64,000 bases of DNA from Planctomycetota bacterium (lineage in GTDB: Bacteria > Planctomycetota > MHYJ01 > JACPTZ01): contig JACPTZ010000132.1 in assembly GCA_016192525.1 (NCBI GenBank), positions 4,202-68,201 on the forward strand, written 5' to 3'. The notes under the pieces are model-generated. The model was not told the DNA's origin and did not search any database. It saw nothing but the letters and a program-made list of their open reading frames with translations. The position numbers were made by a program, and so were the translations under genes. Positions 28,001 to 34,334 of this stretch are shown in pieces. The stretch's first letter is position 1. The number at the start of each line of letters is the position of its first letter.

Positions 28001-31000
28001 CGGACGACCCGCCGAGGATGATCGTCCCCGTCGTCGCGGCGAAGGGCGTGGAGGAGAGGCTGGTGAGCGTCGAGTCCAGTCTCAGCGTGGCATTGCCGGA
28101 GAAGGTGAGCGGACCGGTCAGGTTGAAATCGGCGTTCGCGTCGAGGAGCGCCCCGCTGCCGGCCAGGAAGGTGATCGCCCCGGCCCCGGAAACCGCCCCG
28201 TTCGCGGTGAGGCTGTCCCCGGCTGCGATCTGCAGCGTACCGGTGACGGTGAGGGCCCCCGACGCGGTCACCGTGGCGGCTCCCGAGGGGCTGATCAGGA
28301 GGGTCGCGCCGCCGGCGGCGGTGACGGCGTTGAGGGTCGTCGACGCGGTGCCGCCGAGCGTCTGGGTCCCCGACCCGTCGAAGGTGAAGGTGCTCGACCC
28401 GGCGGTCAGGGTGCCTCCGTCGTGCGTGAGGCTTCCCCCGATCGTGTGGGAGAAGGACCCGGCGTTGAGCGTGCCGGCGGCGGCTTCGAGGGAGAGGGCC
28501 CCGGCGAGATCCATGGCCGCGGCGAGAGTGAGACTGTCCGAGATGACACGGAGGTTGCCGTTCACGACCAGCGACGCGGTCGCTTCCGTCGTGGCGGTGC
28601 TTCCTCCGCTCTTGGCGATCTCGAGATGGTAGTAGGTGACTCCGTCCGAACGGACGGTCTGGGCCGAGGCGCCGTCGTACCTGACCGTGCCGGTGGAGGG
28701 GGTGAACGATCCGAAGGAGGTCACCGTTCCCCCCAGATCGAGCCGTCCGGCGGCGGTGAATTCGACGACCCCGCTCGCAGAGGCGTCGAAGGTCCCCTTC
28801 ACGTCCACCGTCCCCGTACCGATCCGGAGCGCGCCGGCATCCCCGATGGTGAGATTCCCCGTCCCGGTGGTGCCCACGGTGACTGCAAAGGCCCCCACCT
28901 GCAAGGGGCCTGTCGTCACGGTGAGATCATTGGTCAGGGCGAGATCGTTCGCGAGCGTCACACTTCCGGTGCCGAACTTGTCGACGATCATATTGTAAAG
29001 CGGGGACACGCCGGGATTGACGTTGGGAACATCGCCGCGGAACTTCACGGTGCCGTTGGTCATCGTAAACGTCCCGTTGTTGTCGAAGTCGCCGAAGACC
29101 TCCAGCGTGAGATTGGTGTTGATGGTGAGACTGGCGCCCGGGTCGATGAAGATGCTGCCGGTCTCGCCCCCGGCCCCGTCGAGCACGGGGTAGTTCGCCA
29201 ACGCCCCGGGCAGGAGAACGTCGACGTCCTGGGTCGGCACCAGCCCGGTGCTCCAGTTGCCCGGGGTGTTCCAGGATGTCTCCAGGCCGACGACGTCCCC
29301 CTCCCAGACCGTCGCATCGACCCAGCGGATGGTGTTCGAGGGATCCGGGTTCGGGATGGCCCCCAGATCTTGGTCGTTCTCGGTGACCGTCCCCCCGCCG
29401 ATGAAAAAGCTGAGCGAGACCCTCCCGCCGGCCCACCCCGAATTGGTCCGGACGGTGTACTGCGGCGACCCGTTGAAGGTGGGGCGGGAGAAGAACATGT
29501 CGGCCCCGCCCGCGCCGAGTTCAATGTTGAGAAAGGCGCCGGTCCCCTCGGGGTTGTTGAAGGTGATGTCGTCGCAGTCGATCCCGGTAGTGAGCGCCCC
29601 GGGATTGAAATGCAGGCCGCGATTGGCGCTGGTGTAAGGGCTCGTCACCGTCAGGCCCTTGATGGTCACCAGCCCCCCGGGGAGGATCTCGAAGCCGAAC
29701 CGGGTCACCCCGGGATTGTCGCTTTTCACGGTGGGAAACGACGGTCCGGTGTTCGTGAGAAAGGTCCCGCTGATCGCGATGACGGTGGTGTCCGCCATCG
29801 AGACGGTGGAGCCGGTGGCCCCGCCCTTGAGTTCCAGCGTGGCCCCGGACGAAACGACCAGGTCGTTCCCGGCCCCGCCATCACCGCCGAGGGTGAGGTC
29901 CACCGCGGCCGGTATCACGAATTTCCCGGAGGAAACCGTCAGCACCCTCCCCGCGGCGAAGTCCCCCTCCGCCGTCAGCGTGCGCCCGGCGCCGGGATTG
30001 AGCGTGAGATTCCGATAGGTGAGGGCCTCCACCACCTCGTCCCCGCCGGTGTAGTTGTAGAGGACCGTGCTCGATCCCGCCCCGGCGCTGAGGGAGTCGA
30101 AGCTCGTGACCGCGCCCGACAGCTCGAGGGTGCCGTTCCCCGTGATCGTCACCGTTCCGCCGGTCGCCAGGAAGGAGCCGTTCAAGTCGACCGTGGCCGT
30201 GGAGAGGCTGATTTCGCCCGCCACGGTGGCGGTCCCGGCCACGGTGAGGTTGTTTGCTCCCAGGTCAAGGATGGTGTCCAGGCCGCCGTTCTCGGCGACG
30301 GTAAGGGTGTTCGAGACGACGATGGCCCCGCCGGCCGCGGCGGTGCGGGCGGCCGCACCGCCGGTCCCCTTCGTCAGGGTCAGCGCGTAGTACGTGGTCC
30401 CGATGACCGTCTGGCCCGCCGCCGAATCATCGTAGCAGACGGAACTGTTGCCGACGGTGAAGGTCCCGAGGCTCGATACCGCCCCTCCCAGGAGAAGCTG
30501 TCCGGTCCCGGTCGGGCCGAACGAGACGACCCGGCTTCCGAAGCCGGCCCCGCTCCCGAAGGCGGCATTGACGTCGAGGATCGAGGCGCCCGTGATGTAG
30601 ATCCCGCCCCCGGCGAGGAGCTCCGTGTCTGTGACGGCCCAGCCGATCGTGGCCGTCTGTCCGCCGTTGTCGATCTCGATCTCGTACCAGCCGGCCTCGT
30701 CGGGAATCGTCTGACCGGCGGAGGCGTTGGCGAAGCAGACCCGGCTCGTCCCGGCCGTGAAGGTCCCGAGATCGATCGTGGTTCCGCCCGTGAGACCGAT
30801 GAACCCGGCGCCGGTGCAGGTTACCGCCCGGGGGGCCGTCACGTTGATCCCTCCGCCCGCGGTGAGAATGGAGGCACCCACCAGGGTGAGCGCTCCCCCG
30901 AGCGAGGTGTCGCTGAACGCCGCCGAGGCGGTGGCCGTCCGGGCCGCCTGGGTCCCGCCGGCTTCCTTGTCGATGGTGAGGTTGTAGTAACTCACCGAGG

Positions 31001-33551
31001 CGATGCTCTGACCGGCGGTCGAATCGTTGTAGAGGACCGTTCCGGTCCCGGCGGTGAACGATCCGGTCCCGGCGGCGAGCGCGCCCACCGAGCCGCTCAG
31101 TTCCAGCGTCCCGGCGCCGGTGAACGTGACGCTCCGGTTTCCCGCCCCCGAAAGATCGAAGGCCGCGTCCACGTTCAGGGTCGAAGTCCCGCCGATGGTG
31201 AGCGTCTGGACCCCGCTTGTGGCGCCGTTCCCGATCGTCGTCTGATCGACCGCGAAACCAATGGTGGCCGTCTGGCCCCCCGAGACCGACAGGTTGTAGT
31301 AGTCGTAGGAGAGGACCGAGTGACTGGTGGCCTGGGCATAGTCGATCGTGCCGTTGCCGGGCGTGAAGGTCCCGAGACTCGTCACGGCGTCGCCCAGCCG
31401 GAGGGTCCCGACGCCCGAGGCGCCAAAGGTGACGGTGCGACCGGTGGCGTCGAAGGTCCCGGTGACCGAGGCGACGACGGGGGGGAGGGCATCGTCGGTA
31501 AGGGTCAAAGTTCCGCCGAGGCTGGTGGGACTGACCGAGCCGATCGTCACCGTATTGCCGGGAGCCCCGGTCCGGCCGATCTCGAGGTTGTAGTAGTTGA
31601 CGGCGGGAATCGTGAGGGCCGAGTCCCCGGTGAACTGGACGGTGCCGTTCCCGGCGGTGAACGACGCCCCGAGCGAGGTCACCCCGGCTCGCAGGATGAG
31701 CCGGCCGGTGCCGGCCGCCCCGAAGCTCACGGTCTGACCGGTCTGGTCGAAGGCGGCGCTCACATTGACGATCGACGATCCGGAGAGGGTCAGACTGTTG
31801 TCGATGCTGGTCGTTGTCACCGCGAAACCGATGGAGGCCGTCCCTCCGCCGTTGTTCACGCGGAGGTCCCAGTAACTGGTGTTGTAAACGGTCTGATCGC
31901 CAGCCCGGTCGTAGATCACCTCGCTCGTGGCCCGGGTGAAGACGCCGAGGTTCGGGGCGGCATCTCCGCTCAGATACAGCTTGCCGGCCCCCGTGAAGGT
32001 GACAACCCCGGTGGTGTTGGCGGTGAACGTCCCGTTGGCGTCGATGATGCCGGTGGAGGCGGTCAGGGTGCGGGCGGCCGCAATCGAGGCGGAGCCGTTG
32101 ATCGTGAGGGTGGTGGCCGCGACGGCCAGCGTCCCGGTGGTGACCGTCAGGTCCCCCGCCAGGGCGAGGTCCTGTCCGAGCGTGAAGACATCCGCAACGT
32201 CCACGGGATTGATCGTCAGGTGGTTGAGCGCGTTGTTATTGATGGTGGAGAGGGTGTAGCCGGCGGTTCCGCCCGTGATCGGGGCGACCCGGATGGTTCC
32301 GAGCGTGACGGTCGACCCGACAGCGACCGTGAGGGGATTCGCATCCTGCCGGTTCAGGGTCGTCGTCCGGTTCGCCCCATCGGTCGTGTAGGTTCCCCCG
32401 TTGATGGCAAGGTTGTTCCGGAGGGTGATGTCTCGCGAGAGCGAGGTGGTCTTCCCGGCGTCGGCCACGTTCACGGCATAGAAATCCGGATCGGTGATCC
32501 CCGAGATCTCCCCGGTGTTGTCGAACGTGCCGGAGAACGTGAAGGTCGTCGTCGCCCCTCCATCCGTGGCGCTGAAGGTGCAGGCGCCGGTCCGGCCGCA
32601 GACGAAGTCGTTGCCGAGGGTGTGCGTCCGGGCACTCGGATTCCGGCAGGCGAGCAGCGTGGTGTCGGCCTCGACGATCAGGTCCTTCTTGCATGTCATG
32701 TTGAAGTCGAGCGTCACCGAGGCGCCGATGGGCCAGCGGACGCGGAGTGAGTGCAGGGCGTCCGTGATCCCGGAGATGATCTTGCTGCCCGCCCCGGCGG
32801 GGCCGTCCACGAAGAACTCGATGTTGTTGATCGTGGAACCGGTGGCGACGTTCAGCCCGTCGCCGTTGCGCGTCAGTTTGAGGGTGTATTCGGTCCCCGG
32901 GGCGCTGGAGTCGAGAATGCCCCCGTTGATCCCCAGGATGTCCCTGCAGGTGATGTGGGAGGCGAGCTGGAGGGTCTTCCCCGAGGCCGCCACGTTCAGG
33001 GTGAAAAACGAATCCCCGACATTTCCCGCGACGAGGGGATCGGCGACCGGCGGACCGGTGACGGTCCCGTTCCCGCTGAAGGTCACCGTACCGCCCGCGG
33101 GGTTGAAGGCGATTCCCGAGGAATTGGTCCAATTCCCCGAGACGGTGATGGTATTCGCCGTCTGTGTGATCTGTCCGCCGGTCAGGATCGTGAGATTGGC
33201 GGTCCCGCTGTTGACGTTCAGCGACTTGGTGGTGACCGCGAGCGTGATGGTGTTCGGGTTGCCGACGTACCCGATCGTCAGTCCGGCGAGCGAATTCGTA
33301 TTGACGTTGACCGCGACCGTGTACGTGCCCGCGAACGCGGAATTGTCCAGGGTGACGGTGTCTCCCGCGGCGGGTACGCCGTCCGGGTTCCAGTTGGCGG
33401 CCGTGCCCCAGTTGTTGGTGCCGCCGCCGCGGTCCCAGGTTTTGGCCGCCGCGAAGAGTTCGGTCCCGGAAAGGGACAGAAAAACTCCGAGCGCCAGCGG
33501 GAACAGAATCCCGGACTTGTTCGGGCGCCGCTGAAAGACCATTCGGTTCAC
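19071..33551 (-). CDS. Giant secreted repetitive beta-solenoid-like protein, 4,826 aa (4 concatenated modules plus a C-terminal beta-propeller-like region)
   Basis: Uninterrupted 14.5-kb ORF. The track start at 33551 is a GTG; an ATG at 33540-33542 gives MVFQRRPNKSGILFPLALGVFLSLSGTELFAAA-KTW (a Sec signal peptide). It is T/G/A/S/N/V/L-rich with ~100-aa repeats. The N- and C-termini are paralogous to the 8,466-aa ORF. Confidence 0.88.
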   Translation of the reverse strand: MNRMVFQRRPNKSGILFPLALGVFLSLSGTELFAAAKTWDRGGGTNNWGTAANWNPDGVPAAGDTVTLDNSAFAGTYTVAVNVNTNSLAGLTIGYVGNPNTITLAVTTKSLNVNSGTANLTILTGGQITQTANTITVSGNWTNSSGIAFNPAGGTVTFSGNGTVTGPPVADPLVAGNVGDSFFTLNVAASGKTLQLASHITCRDILGINGGILDSSAPGTEYTLKLTRNGDGLNVATGSTINNIEFFVDGPAGAGSKIISGITDALHSLRVRWPIGASVTLDFNMTCKKDLIVEADTTLLACRNPSARTHTLGNDFVCGRTGACTFSATDGGATTTFTFSGTFDNTGEISGITDPDFYAVNVADAGKTTSLSRDITLRNNLAINGGTYTTDGANRTTTLNRQDANPLTVAVGSTVTLGTIRVAPITGGTAGYTLSTINNNALNHLTINPVDVADVFTLGQDLALAGDLTVTTGTLAVAATTLTINGSASIAAARTLTASTGIIDANGTFTANTTGVVTFTGAGKLYLSGDAAPNLGVFTRATSEVIYDRAGDQTVYNTSYWDLRVNNGGGTASIGFAVTTTSIDNSLTLSGSSIVNVSAAFDQTGQTVSFGAAGTGRLILRAGVTSLGASFTAGNGTVQFTGDSALTIPAVNYYNLEIGRTGAPGNTVTIGSVSPTSLGGTLTLTDDALPPVVASVTGTFDATGRTVTFGASGVGTLRLGDAVTSLGTFTPGNGTIDYAQATSHSVLSYDYYNLSVSGGQTATIGFAVDQTTIGNGATSGVQTLTIGGTSTLNVDAAFDLSGAGNRSVTFTGAGTLELSGSVGALAAGTGSFTAGTGTVLYNDSTAGQSIASVSYYNLTIDKEAGGTQAARTATASAAFSDTSLGGALTLVGASILTAGGGINVTAPRAVTCTGAGFIGLTGGTTIDLGTFTAGTSRVCFANASAGQTIPDEAGWYEIEIDNGGQTATIGWAVTDTELLAGGGIYITGASILDVNAAFGSGAGFGSRVVSFGPTGTGQLLLGGAVSSLGTFTVGNSSVCYDDSAAGQTVIGTTYYALTLTKGTGGAAARTAAAGGAIVVSNTLTVAENGGLDTILDLGANNLTVAGTATVAGEISLSTATVDLNGSFLATGGTVTITGNGTLELSGAVTSFDSLSAGAGSSTVLYNYTGGDEVVEALTYRNLTLNPGAGRTLTAEGDFAAGRVLTVSSGKFVIPAAVDLTLGGDGGAGNDLVVSSGATLELKGGATGSTVSMADTTVIAISGTFLTNTGPSFPTVKSDNPGVTRFGFEILPGGLVTIKGLTVTSPYTSANRGLHFNPGALTTGIDCDDITFNNPEGTGAFLNIELGAGGADMFFSRPTFNGSPQYTVRTNSGWAGGRVSLSFFIGGGTVTENDQDLGAIPNPDPSNTIRWVDATVWEGDVVGLETSWNTPGNWSTGLVPTQDVDVLLPGALANYPVLDGAGGETGSIFIDPGASLTINTNLTLEVFGDFDNNGTFTMTNGTVKFRGDVPNVNPGVSPLYNMIVDKFGTGSVTLANDLALTNDLTVTTGPLQVGAFAVTVGTTGTGNLTIGDAGALRIGTGTVDVKGTFDASASGVVEFTAAGRLDLGGTVTSFGSFTPSTGTVRYDGASAQTVRSDGVTYYHLEIAKSGGSTATTEATASLVVNGNLRVISDSLTLAAAMDLAGALSLEAAAGTLNAGSFSHTIGGSLTHDGGTLTAGSSTFTFDGSGTQTLGGTASTTLNAVTAAGGATLLISPSGAATVTASGALTVTGTLQIAAGDSLTANGAVSGAGAITFLAGSGALLDANADFNLTGPLTFSGNATLRLDSTLTSLSSTPFAATTGTIILGGSSAQTIPTNLFTYYHLTLDKSGGTAASAAAATLDVDGNLIVQNAGGFSAGNALDVEGNLTMSSSGSFTLGAQSLSLGGNFSNTAGTFSVTTGPVTLDGATQSFGGSQTTTLFSLTVSGTGTKTINGSVNAGGNLSVNSTLTVTGATVTVTGSTSVGGTLNLNGGSLLDANGSFSASGGTLGFPGAGSLYLGGSVTSLGTFTGGSGTVRYDSGADQTVAAVSYNALQIAKAAGTATAAGSFSAASLTVSSGTFAAGLFTVTLSGACSISDGAALTISSGGLDVGGAFTASTTGAVTFTGAGTLTLRGAVASLGVFTSAAGCTVVYRQSGAGDQQVLVPAPSNYHHLTLNRSGQTSTTAGPLSIGGNLTISAGTLDFAANGITATGNVTVAGTLRATGGTIHADGTFDATGGTINFSGGSAVLELDGPVTAMGTLSAGTSRVIYQDTASAQTLRVASYYDLRINATGQTVTTATGGTVAVGGILEVLAGTMSMPASSAVDVSGAATVTGVGTLSLTGGATLRLGTSLSVGTAVTANGVLTASTSGGTPTITRLAAGTYPFTVRNGGRVTLNGLNLSYLNGDGLHLMSDASIASDIDEVAFSSVATVAVSYAYTCFINLRMVTATSYVFTTCSFGSVNPGAAPPQYNVVTSGAGYTGLVELLSATGSGAGALYENDSEAGIQNPPVHEIDWPIERIWDGSSSTAWSNTANWTPDTGFAPTSSEHLRIPSATRQPTLDANGFCKSIQITTGTLTMSNAALSLTVSGDFTVGTTGALNMTAGTLVFDGANTQSVDTGGTTAGDGLVTNFTVNKTAGSLSLLANLTVSGNCTLSQGNLNVGAYTLTVNGTLQTSGGTGDIDLTTGILDANGTINLAGGGISCGGACTVRAAGTVTNLGTYAPGSTDSFIYDGAGAQQILATGVSYQHLEIAKTGGSTATSEAAVPLVVNGNLRLTTGNLTAGGIFDVAGDLILESGAGTFNAAGFTHTLAGNFTHHGGTFTASTSTFTFDGTSQTIGGAAVATSFNNVTIAAAPGSNTTIASGRTVTVGGALANNKTLSFAAATDHILDVNGGFTAGAGSAIVFNTGGELRLGGTAGSLGTLTPGTGKITYDAGAGPVQTVQAITYYNLTINRSGATADTAAGTVTVSGGLTIGAGTLDVNGNTLIVSGATNLSAGALSLSTGVVNFNGACTIVSGATIVFTGSGIVTFGAATTFPADPTVWLTPSTGQVRYARSDSNHTISRNGVTGYNDLIIQCMGIVASAPTGLTLSIGQSLTVNQGTFDVGSATVNVAGDVTSIATLAIGTGTLDLASGTFDGTGGTISFSGAGVLELGGPVTDLGSLSASQGTVRYNSGGAQTVDNVAQYYHLDIPKTAGTATLGGAIVVAGNLTVSGGGTLATSAYGAAVTGTVTVSGGSTLQIAGGSVDSGSTFNAGGANVTFTGTGSLILRNGVTSLGTFTSFAGCTVSYRSAAAGDQQIQVPAPSNYHHLTLNRGSGLISTTAGALTLGGDLNVTSGVLSLGANSVTVAGTIAISSGQELRAGTATIDSNGTLNANGTGLINLTGAATLQIGGPLTSLGDLQPGASSTVLYDRTSGDLTIAPETYCNLSVNMTGRAATISGAVDVNRALTVSDGTLLVTAPGVCRVALTDTGATPDLSVAAAATLRLAGSTGGTFLRLAPGATVQVDGTFQTTTASSVKPTLTSTATSTWGITLNGTVNIAGLNLSYPDASGLLLGGASTFTAVDDVVFTSGTGVGGRFLNLQYTGAQILSSLGCTFDGTSQFTVSCRPEYTGTITMSLVTGGGDSTEDEDSTTGAADTVAGGKISWNVPTRWTGNNGTAWTDGLNWDNGVPNSTIDAVILNVANDPILNAAGSCRGLQITTGILTISAANTLSIYGNLANTGTISMSAGKILMTGTVAQTATPGTLPIAAFEVSKSSETVTLGSNLTLGSGGLTITEGTLNIDVRTVTVPAGSTLTFGGSGTRAITAVTGTLTCNGTFNGSGGSLTWTGAGTLNLNSAFTAPDTFAMAATSLCRYQDSSTDRTLFPATYGRIQINAGARTVTVGGDTTAAGLVEILGGTLDLGTTTLTAAGLATSAGATLLMNATSAAAPSLRISGGQGVAINGTLRTTRTAATSATEEVSSADNTGNIEVGTTLGFPPSGTVYVDGQAVTYTGTATGPNALTGIGGVPAVPDPFRGIGAQITTASAGITSLAAPASPPFMTVGGTLDVNGLRLSSAGSSALRIEAAAVITSGSQSDTLQGIAFIDFAGGTALTLLRSGAPGAVVDLKAPDCTFDSAAGTNVNASVSGGATLIARFEFPSMVASDRSGETFDLENDVNSNNTLETPAQAGEAVVLWTESVAPAVQGEPQLFVTPAFDLDTGEWYATYVTSKRTGDDAVYVLDRYGNVMFEFAIPSANGAVVGLPFWDTSPVNPRERLVFIGTDAGMLYALVNTGAALVPWAAWGTNPIDVGNGITSSVVPFSNDYENAYYAAGDHFIFFGGSQGADAGLFAYRAPSGSLSLPANPGATEIVMNTVTSFPSAGTIRIMDGASADVVTYTDRYVSPSTTTTADLLPADTELSVVSVSGYPPSGSMTVTTGSTVSTVTYTGLQSVPTAKFTGISGGLYETTTSVALNPSDAVIQVVGVTGFAASGSLWVDTGGSQEVVTYTGKTTSPTPRFTGVSGLTLAHALGTSVKARKHTTGSTVKGSPRLAGVSGIGSVHAANSGVHADPTQYFFVNAPTSPVASAPAIDTLTLPWRMFIGANTLYGVEVKVPLGPEMTAITDAPVNAAIVVGSSGAAFVGTTGSEFHVVDGRQQYAASLPYPTTDLRDFGVASGHAGYNWPYAPGSPNDIGAVTGLADIFWGQVHFADSYGYLYGLSFQAAVLQPRYRPGGPTDSTPIEGGVYRNGNVIYVPNNGGKLFVVDISGAPTTVATYQLGAPTDKMSDVAMDYFVPASGGLGYKHFVIVGSSNGTIYYVDRTADGP
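22533..29306 (-). repeat. Bi-module super-repeat copy in the 4,826-aa gene (modules 2+3)
   Basis: Delimited by the junction Trp codons at 29304-29306 and 22530-22532. At protein level it is homologous to 44394-51389 and 51390-58826 in the 8,466-aa gene. Confidence 0.65.
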
Positions 33552-33613
33552 CCCGATGTCTTCTCCCCCCCGACCGATCGCGCGGGACCGGCGTCACCCC
33601 GTTCCTTCCGCCT

Positions 33614-33766
33614 TCAGGACCCCTTGGTCCCTCCCCGTCGGATGCAATTGATCCCGGCCAGCTTGCCGCAGGCGAGCGCCGCCTCCTCTCCGAGGAACTG
33701 CGTCACGCACACCGGCGGCTGGTACTCCCGGCGGCCTCGGTCCGAGGGTCGGGCGCGACCTTTCAT
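33614..33766 (-). CDS. Possible small basic Cys-containing protein (50 aa), unknown function
   Basis: The ATG at 33764-33766 is preceded by GGGAGGA (an SD 8 nt upstream). Sequence: MKGRARPSDRGRREYQPPVCVTQFLGEEAALACGKLAGINCIRRGGTKGS. No family recognised; coding status is unproven. Confidence 0.3.
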   Translation of the reverse strand: MKGRARPSDRGRREYQPPVCVTQFLGEEAALACGKLAGINCIRRGGTKGS

Positions 33767-33838
33767 GAGCGATTCCTCCCGCGGCGAATCACGATCAGGG
33801 CCAGGAGAGAGCATCCCACACCGAGCCGCGTGTGGCCG

Positions 33839-34267
33839 TCATCGGTTCGAATCCGGGTGCGCCAGCGCCTCTTCGAGCCGGCCGGCGAGCTCCGGCTTCG
33901 CCAACGAACGGCCCAGATCAGCGGCCCAGTTCCGCGAGTACTCGAGGTTCAGATTCCCGCGCTGGCGGGACAAGACGCTGAATACATCCTGCTGATCCTG
34001 TGGACGCCACCACGCCAGCTTGGACAGAATGAGGTCCTCGGCGGACGCCACAGAGAAGTCGCATCCGACGATAGTGAATTTCCGGGTGCGTTGAAAAGCG
34101 ACCTCCTCATAGGCTCGACGAATGTGATCGAATCCGACGACGAGCAGGCCCTCGAAGATGCGGATCGTCCGCTCGGGCGGAGTCCGCCGCAGTTCTTCCG
34201 CCTCCTCGCGGGCGAGGGCCTCGTTGGAAAGCGCGCGTTGACGATAGGCTTCCGCGAGATCGATCAT
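33839..34267 (-). CDS. Hypothetical protein whose C-terminus resembles nucleotidyltransferase-fold (AbiEii/DUF-type) proteins; possibly a truncated remnant
   Basis: Start moved to the ATG at 34265-34267 because the track ORF (to 34492) overlaps the upstream gene. SAEDLILSKLAWWRPQDQQDVFSVL...LNLEYSRNWAADLG resembles the C-terminal half of small NTase-like proteins. No GS...DxD catalytic N-terminus is visible. Confidence 0.4.
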   Translation of the reverse strand: MIDLAEAYRQRALSNEALAREEAEELRRTPPERTIRIFEGLLVVGFDHIRRAYEEVAFQRTRKFTIVGCDFSVASAEDLILSKLAWWRPQDQQDVFSVLSRQRGNLNLEYSRNWAADLGRSLAKPELAGRLEEALAHPDSNR

Positions 34268-34334
34268 GCCGATGTCCCTGTCGTCGGAGAGAACTCCCAC
34301 TCGCCGGGAACGCGAAGAGGGTCGCCGCTCCAAC

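Noticed and set aside
20541-32750. Very long plus-strand ORFs antisense to giant2 (20541-26948, 2,135 aa; 27963-32750, 1,595 aa).
   Set aside because: They have Arg/Gly/Pro/Asp/Val-rich composition with no motifs, which is typical of stop-free antisense frames in GC-rich, codon-biased repeats. They are fragmented, whereas the minus-strand frame is open for 14.5 kb and begins with a signal peptide.
33643-33660. TGGCCGGGATCAATTGCA (minus strand) upstream of giant2, with good -24 (TGGC) and -12 (TTGCA) boxes.
   Set aside because: The spacing between GG and GC is 2 nt too long for sigma-54, which tolerates almost no spacing change. The site also lies inside the candidate small ORF.
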